Positions 60,709-64,000 of a stretch of DNA of 64,000 nucleotides are shown here, piece by piece. The notes under the pieces were generated by a model that was given only the letters and a program-made list of their open reading frames with translations, was not told where the DNA came from and searched no databases. Each line of letters begins with the position of its first letter. The first letter of the stretch is position 1. Source of the stretch: Clostridia bacterium (GTDB lineage Bacteria > Bacillota > Clostridia > TANB77 > CAG-465); the NCBI GenBank assembly GCA_017521005.1, contig JAFXEC010000011.1:16450-80449 (forward strand). Direction: 5' to 3'. Position numbers and translations under genes: made by a program.

Positions 60709-62070
60709 ATGGATAAATTTAACGAACTTAGAAATAAGTATCCAACATTTGAATATTTGTCTTATGACATAGAAGAAACAGATGACGCAATTAAAGTTAC
60801 ATACAACTTTAATGTGCCGGGTTTAACTACGTTTAATCCGACATGGAAATTTCCAAAAGCTAAAGAAGTTAATCTATCTGCAAACGATAGAAAAATATTA
60901 GAAACAGCAATATTTAACTTGGGTATGGTAGAAGTTGTGTCTTACCTTAAAGCAACTTGTTCACCAAACCTAATAGTTAAAGCTGGAGCATTAAATAACG
61001 AACAAATAGCTTGGTATAAAAAGCTATATATAAATGGTTTAGGAGAGTTTTTCTATAGAAATGGTTTAGTAGAAGCTATGAACATAGAAACATTCTTAAA
61101 GATAGAAGCAGAAGGAAACAGCACAGAACCACTTTTAATAGATGAAACATTAGAAGGTAACTTGGTACCAGTTGGTGGAGGAAAAGACTCTAATTTAACA
61201 CTAGAAGTGCTTAAAGGTGAAAATAATACTTGTTATATAGTTAACCCTAGAGGAGCATCATATGATTCAGCTAAAATAGCGGGATATGAAGATAACAATA
61301 TCTACACTCCAAAGAGAACTTTAGATGCAAGATTATTAGAGCTAAATAAACAAGGATTCTTAAATGGCCATACGCCATTTTCTGCAATACTTGCATTTTC
61401 ATCATATATTTCAGCTATACTTTTAGGTAAGAAATATATAGTGTTATCTAATGAAGCAAGTGCAAACGAAGCTAACGTAGAAGGAACAAACATTAATCAT
61501 CAATACTCAAAAAGCATAGAATTTGAAAACGATTTTAGGGAATATATATCTAACTTCGTATGCTCAAATGGACCAGAATATTTTAGTTTATTAAGACCAC
61601 TAAGCGAATGGCAAATAGTTAAGGGCTTTATAAAAGAACCTAAATACTTCAAAGTGTTTAAGAGCTGTAATGTGGGTTCTAAACAAGATATTTGGTGTGA
61701 AAACTGTCCTAAGTGTTTATATGTATATATAATGTTGGCAGCATTTTTAGATAAAAAAGATATGGATAAAATCTTTAGTTCTAATATGCTAAACAACAAA
61801 GAATTAAAAGATATATTTAACGGTCTAGTTTATCCAGACTATGATAAACCATTTGAATGCGTAGGGACTAAGGAAGAGATAAACTTAAGCCTTGCTATGG
61901 TAATAGCAAAACACAAAGAACAAGGTAAAGCGCTTCCAACGTTATTAAAAGATTATGATGCATCAAATGAAAACTTAGCAGAAAATATCAAAACTGCAAT
62001 ATATAGTTGGAATGAGGAAAACAATCTTCCAGAAGAATTTGCAAAGAAATTAAAAGAATATGTGATGTAA
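60709..62070 (+). CDS. Conserved unknown with PP-loop-like motif (adenine nucleotide alpha-hydrolase superfamily?)
   Basis: ...LVPVGGGKDSNLTLEVL... resembles the SGGxDS PP-loop. C-terminal CENCPKC. Tightly linked upstream of the MurD-like gene. Confidence 0.4.
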   Translation: MDKFNELRNKYPTFEYLSYDIEETDDAIKVTYNFNVPGLTTFNPTWKFPKAKEVNLSANDRKILETAIFNLGMVEVVSYLKATCSPNLIVKAGALNNEQIAWYKKLYINGLGEFFYRNGLVEAMNIETFLKIEAEGNSTEPLLIDETLEGNLVPVGGGKDSNLTLEVLKGENNTCYIVNPRGASYDSAKIAGYEDNNIYTPKRTLDARLLELNKQGFLNGHTPFSAILAFSSYISAILLGKKYIVLSNEASANEANVEGTNINHQYSKSIEFENDFREYISNFVCSNGPEYFSLLRPLSEWQIVKGFIKEPKYFKVFKSCNVGSKQDIWCENCPKCLYVYIMLAAFLDKKDMDKIFSSNMLNNKELKDIFNGLVYPDYDKPFECVGTKEEINLSLAMVIAKHKEQGKALPTLLKDYDASNENLAENIKTAIYSWNEENNLPEEFAKKLKEYVM

Positions 62071-62076
62071 AGGAGA

Positions 62077-63447
62077 ATGACCTTGAAAAGTGGAATAATA
62101 AATGAGCTATCGGGTAAGAAAGTATTAATACTTGGATTTGGTAGAGAAGGAAAAAGCACATATAATTTCCTGAGAGTAAACAATGTAAATTGTACTATAG
62201 GAATAGCAGATAAGAACGATATAACAGATGAAAGTATATTAAAGTCTGGAGTATTGTTCCATACAGGTGAAACATACTTAAATGCAATGAAAGACTATGA
62301 TGTAATAATAAAGACACCAGGCATTTCATTTAAGGATGTAGATTTAACTGAAATAAAAGAAAAAATAACATCTCAAACAGAGTTGTTCTTAAAATATGCC
62401 GGTCATAAAACAATCGGTGTTACTGGAACAAAAGGAAAGAGTACAACATCTTCATTAATATATAATATGCTTGTGCAAAGTCACAAGGTGTTATTAGTAG
62501 GAAATATTGGGCTTCCAGCTTTTGAGATGATAGATTCATACGAAGATACAGATTGGTATATCTATGAATTATCTTCACACCAATTAGAATTTGTTAAATC
62601 TAGTCCTAAGATATGTGCATTACTTAATATGTTTGAAGAGCACTTAGATCACTATGTATCTTATGAAGCATATAAAGAAGCAAAAAGAAATATATACAAG
62701 TACCAAAAAGAAGAGGACTACTATGTATATAACAAGTCTATGGCAGATGTAATTAATGGCGAAAGAGAATTAAAACAAAATCTTGTAGCTGTTAGTACAG
62801 AAGACTTTACAAATAATAGCACATATTACTCAGCAAATGAGATAAAAATAAATGTAGATGGAAATACAAGTATTCTAGAAGTACCTAAGAATATGGAACT
62901 TAAGGGAATACACAATGTATATAACGCATCTGTTGCAGCTACAATAGCTAAGATAGCAGGAGCATCAGATGAAGATATATTAACTGGAATAGCTACATTT
63001 AAAACACTACCACATAGATTACAAGAAATTGGAGTATATGGTGGAGTAACATACATAGACGATTCAATATCTACAATACCAGCAGCTACAATATCTGCAG
63101 TAGCAAGCGTGGATAATGTGGATACAATAATAGTTGGAGGAATGGATAGAGGGATAAACTATGAAGAATTAATTGAGTTTATTCACGATGGAAAAGTTCC
63201 AAATGTAATCCTTATGTATGATAGTGGAAAACAAATCTTTGAAAAAGTAAAAACAGATACAACTGCAAATGTAATATATGCAGATGATCTTGAAAAAGCA
63301 GTTATACTTGCAACTCAAATAACAGCTAAAGGTAAAACATGCATAATGTCTCCTGCAGCTGCAAGTTACGGAGTATTCAAAAACTTTGAAGAAAGAGGAG
63401 ATAAGTTCAAAGAGTTTGTTATTAAATATACAAGAGAAAACGATTAA
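62077..63447 (+). CDS. murD: MurD-family UDP-N-acetylmuramoyl-L-alanine--glutamate ligase
   Basis: ...IGVTGTKGKSTTSSLIY..., ...HRLQEIG..., ...MSPAAASYGVFKNFEERGDKF... align along the full MurD length. Confidence 0.8.
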   Translation: MTLKSGIINELSGKKVLILGFGREGKSTYNFLRVNNVNCTIGIADKNDITDESILKSGVLFHTGETYLNAMKDYDVIIKTPGISFKDVDLTEIKEKITSQTELFLKYAGHKTIGVTGTKGKSTTSSLIYNMLVQSHKVLLVGNIGLPAFEMIDSYEDTDWYIYELSSHQLEFVKSSPKICALLNMFEEHLDHYVSYEAYKEAKRNIYKYQKEEDYYVYNKSMADVINGERELKQNLVAVSTEDFTNNSTYYSANEIKINVDGNTSILEVPKNMELKGIHNVYNASVAATIAKIAGASDEDILTGIATFKTLPHRLQEIGVYGGVTYIDDSISTIPAATISAVASVDNVDTIIVGGMDRGINYEELIEFIHDGKVPNVILMYDSGKQIFEKVKTDTTANVIYADDLEKAVILATQITAKGKTCIMSPAAASYGVFKNFEERGDKFKEFVIKYTREND

Positions 63448-63552
63448 AATTAATAAAGGAAGTCGTAGAAATACGACTTCTTTTATATAAGTATTGTAAA
63501 AATATGAAATATGTAATAATATAGATACATAAAAGAAAAAGGAGAGAAACAA

Positions 63553-64000
63553 ATGAAAAAGGGTATATCTTTAATAGTTTTAGTAATAACAATAATAGTT
63601 ATGACAATATTAGCAGCAAGTGTAGTAATAACATTATCTAACACCGGCGTAATAAACAGAGCAAGTCAAGCTGTAGATTTAACGAACGAAAAGCAAGTGC
63701 AAGAGTTGGCATCTATGATTTGGATGGAAGAATATATGACTGGTAGTAGAGGAGCGGATTTAATACACAAAGTTATAATTAAATTGTCGCAGAGCAACAT
63801 AAGAGTTAATGATTGGAATATTAATATAAGTAATGCCGGGATAGGTGTAACAAAGAAAGATGGTAGCCTTAATCTATTAGGCAAGATTCCGGCGGGAGGA
63901 AAATACATAACGGCTGATGGCGTGGAATATACATCGGGAGATAATTTTCCTAGTGTAGTGCTATTAGGAGATAAATATGTATATGAAGATTATGAATATG
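63553..64000 (+). CDS. Paralog of the 39402 pilin-like-N-terminus protein (partial, runs off window)
   Basis: MKKGISLIVLVITIIVMTILAASVVITLSNTGVINRA... is near-identical over the first ~40 aa to the 39402 protein. Confidence 0.5.
   Translation, partial: MKKGISLIVLVITIIVMTILAASVVITLSNTGVINRASQAVDLTNEKQVQELASMIWMEEYMTGSRGADLIHKVIIKLSQSNIRVNDWNINISNAGIGVTKKDGSLNLLGKIPAGGKYITADGVEYTSGDNFPSVVLLGDKYVYEDYEY

Noticed and set aside
1-64000. CRISPR arrays and IS elements
   Set aside because: No regularly spaced direct repeats with unique spacers and no transposase-like ORFs. The only tandem repeats are the in-frame 45-bp units in 49288-49458 and (TAG)6 in oriC.

Overview
This looks like an origin-proximal chromosome segment from a low-GC, spore-forming Firmicute (Clostridia-like), read entirely from the sequence.

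Origin core (first ~14 kb):
- dnaN and dnaA on the minus strand, with two clusters of TTATCCACA DnaA boxes flanking dnaA, i.e. oriC.
- The conserved block rpmH-rnpA-yidD-yidC-jag-mnmE-mnmG-rsmG-(small GC-rich gene)-soj-spo0J-DUF4446-DUF3592.
- Two tRNA-Ser genes follow.

Middle section (~14-29 kb):
- A hypothetical gene, then a GC-rich, foreign-looking minus-strand islet: WG-repeat protein, CoaB-like ligase, CN-hydrolase.
- A divergent LysR regulator and a PHP phosphoesterase.
- The cell-envelope genes gatD-murT, a MOP-family flippase and a TagO/WecA-like transferase.
- A GatB/YqeY protein and an M16 peptidase pair (YfmF/YfmH-like).
- A GC-rich ~440 nt ORF-less transcript, with its own promoter and terminator, carrying 23S-rRNA-like motifs.
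- A Spo0E-like gene preceded by phased Spo0A-box-like repeats.
- A divergently oriented operon of three small N/Q-rich proteins.

Most unusual region (29.3-37.5 kb): a co-directional cluster encoding
- a VirB4-like ATPase split into two overlapping ORFs,
- a TadZ/CpaE-like ATPase with a receiver-like N-terminus,
- a CpaF/VirB11-like secretion ATPase,
- a TadB/C-like (T2SS-F) platform protein,
- several unknown small or membrane proteins and a YheA/YmcA-like regulator,
- a transglutaminase-like protease.
No relaxase, coupling protein, canonical pilin or prepilin peptidase is present in the window. I read it as a candidate hybrid Tad/T4SS-like apparatus. Two paralogous proteins with pilin-like N-termini lie at 39.4 kb and 63.5 kb.

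Downstream:
- tadA, an ATP-grasp gene, two tRNA-Arg genes and a Tyr phosphatase.
- rpoB-rpoC, displaced from the usual rplL and rpsL context.
- A repeat-bearing surface protein, traX and vanW.
- A DltA/DltC-like pair with a WaaL-like membrane protein.
- A GC-rich orphan gene and an HD-GYP response regulator.
- ffs-dnaX-ybaB-recR, then a PP-loop protein plus MurD-like ligase pair.
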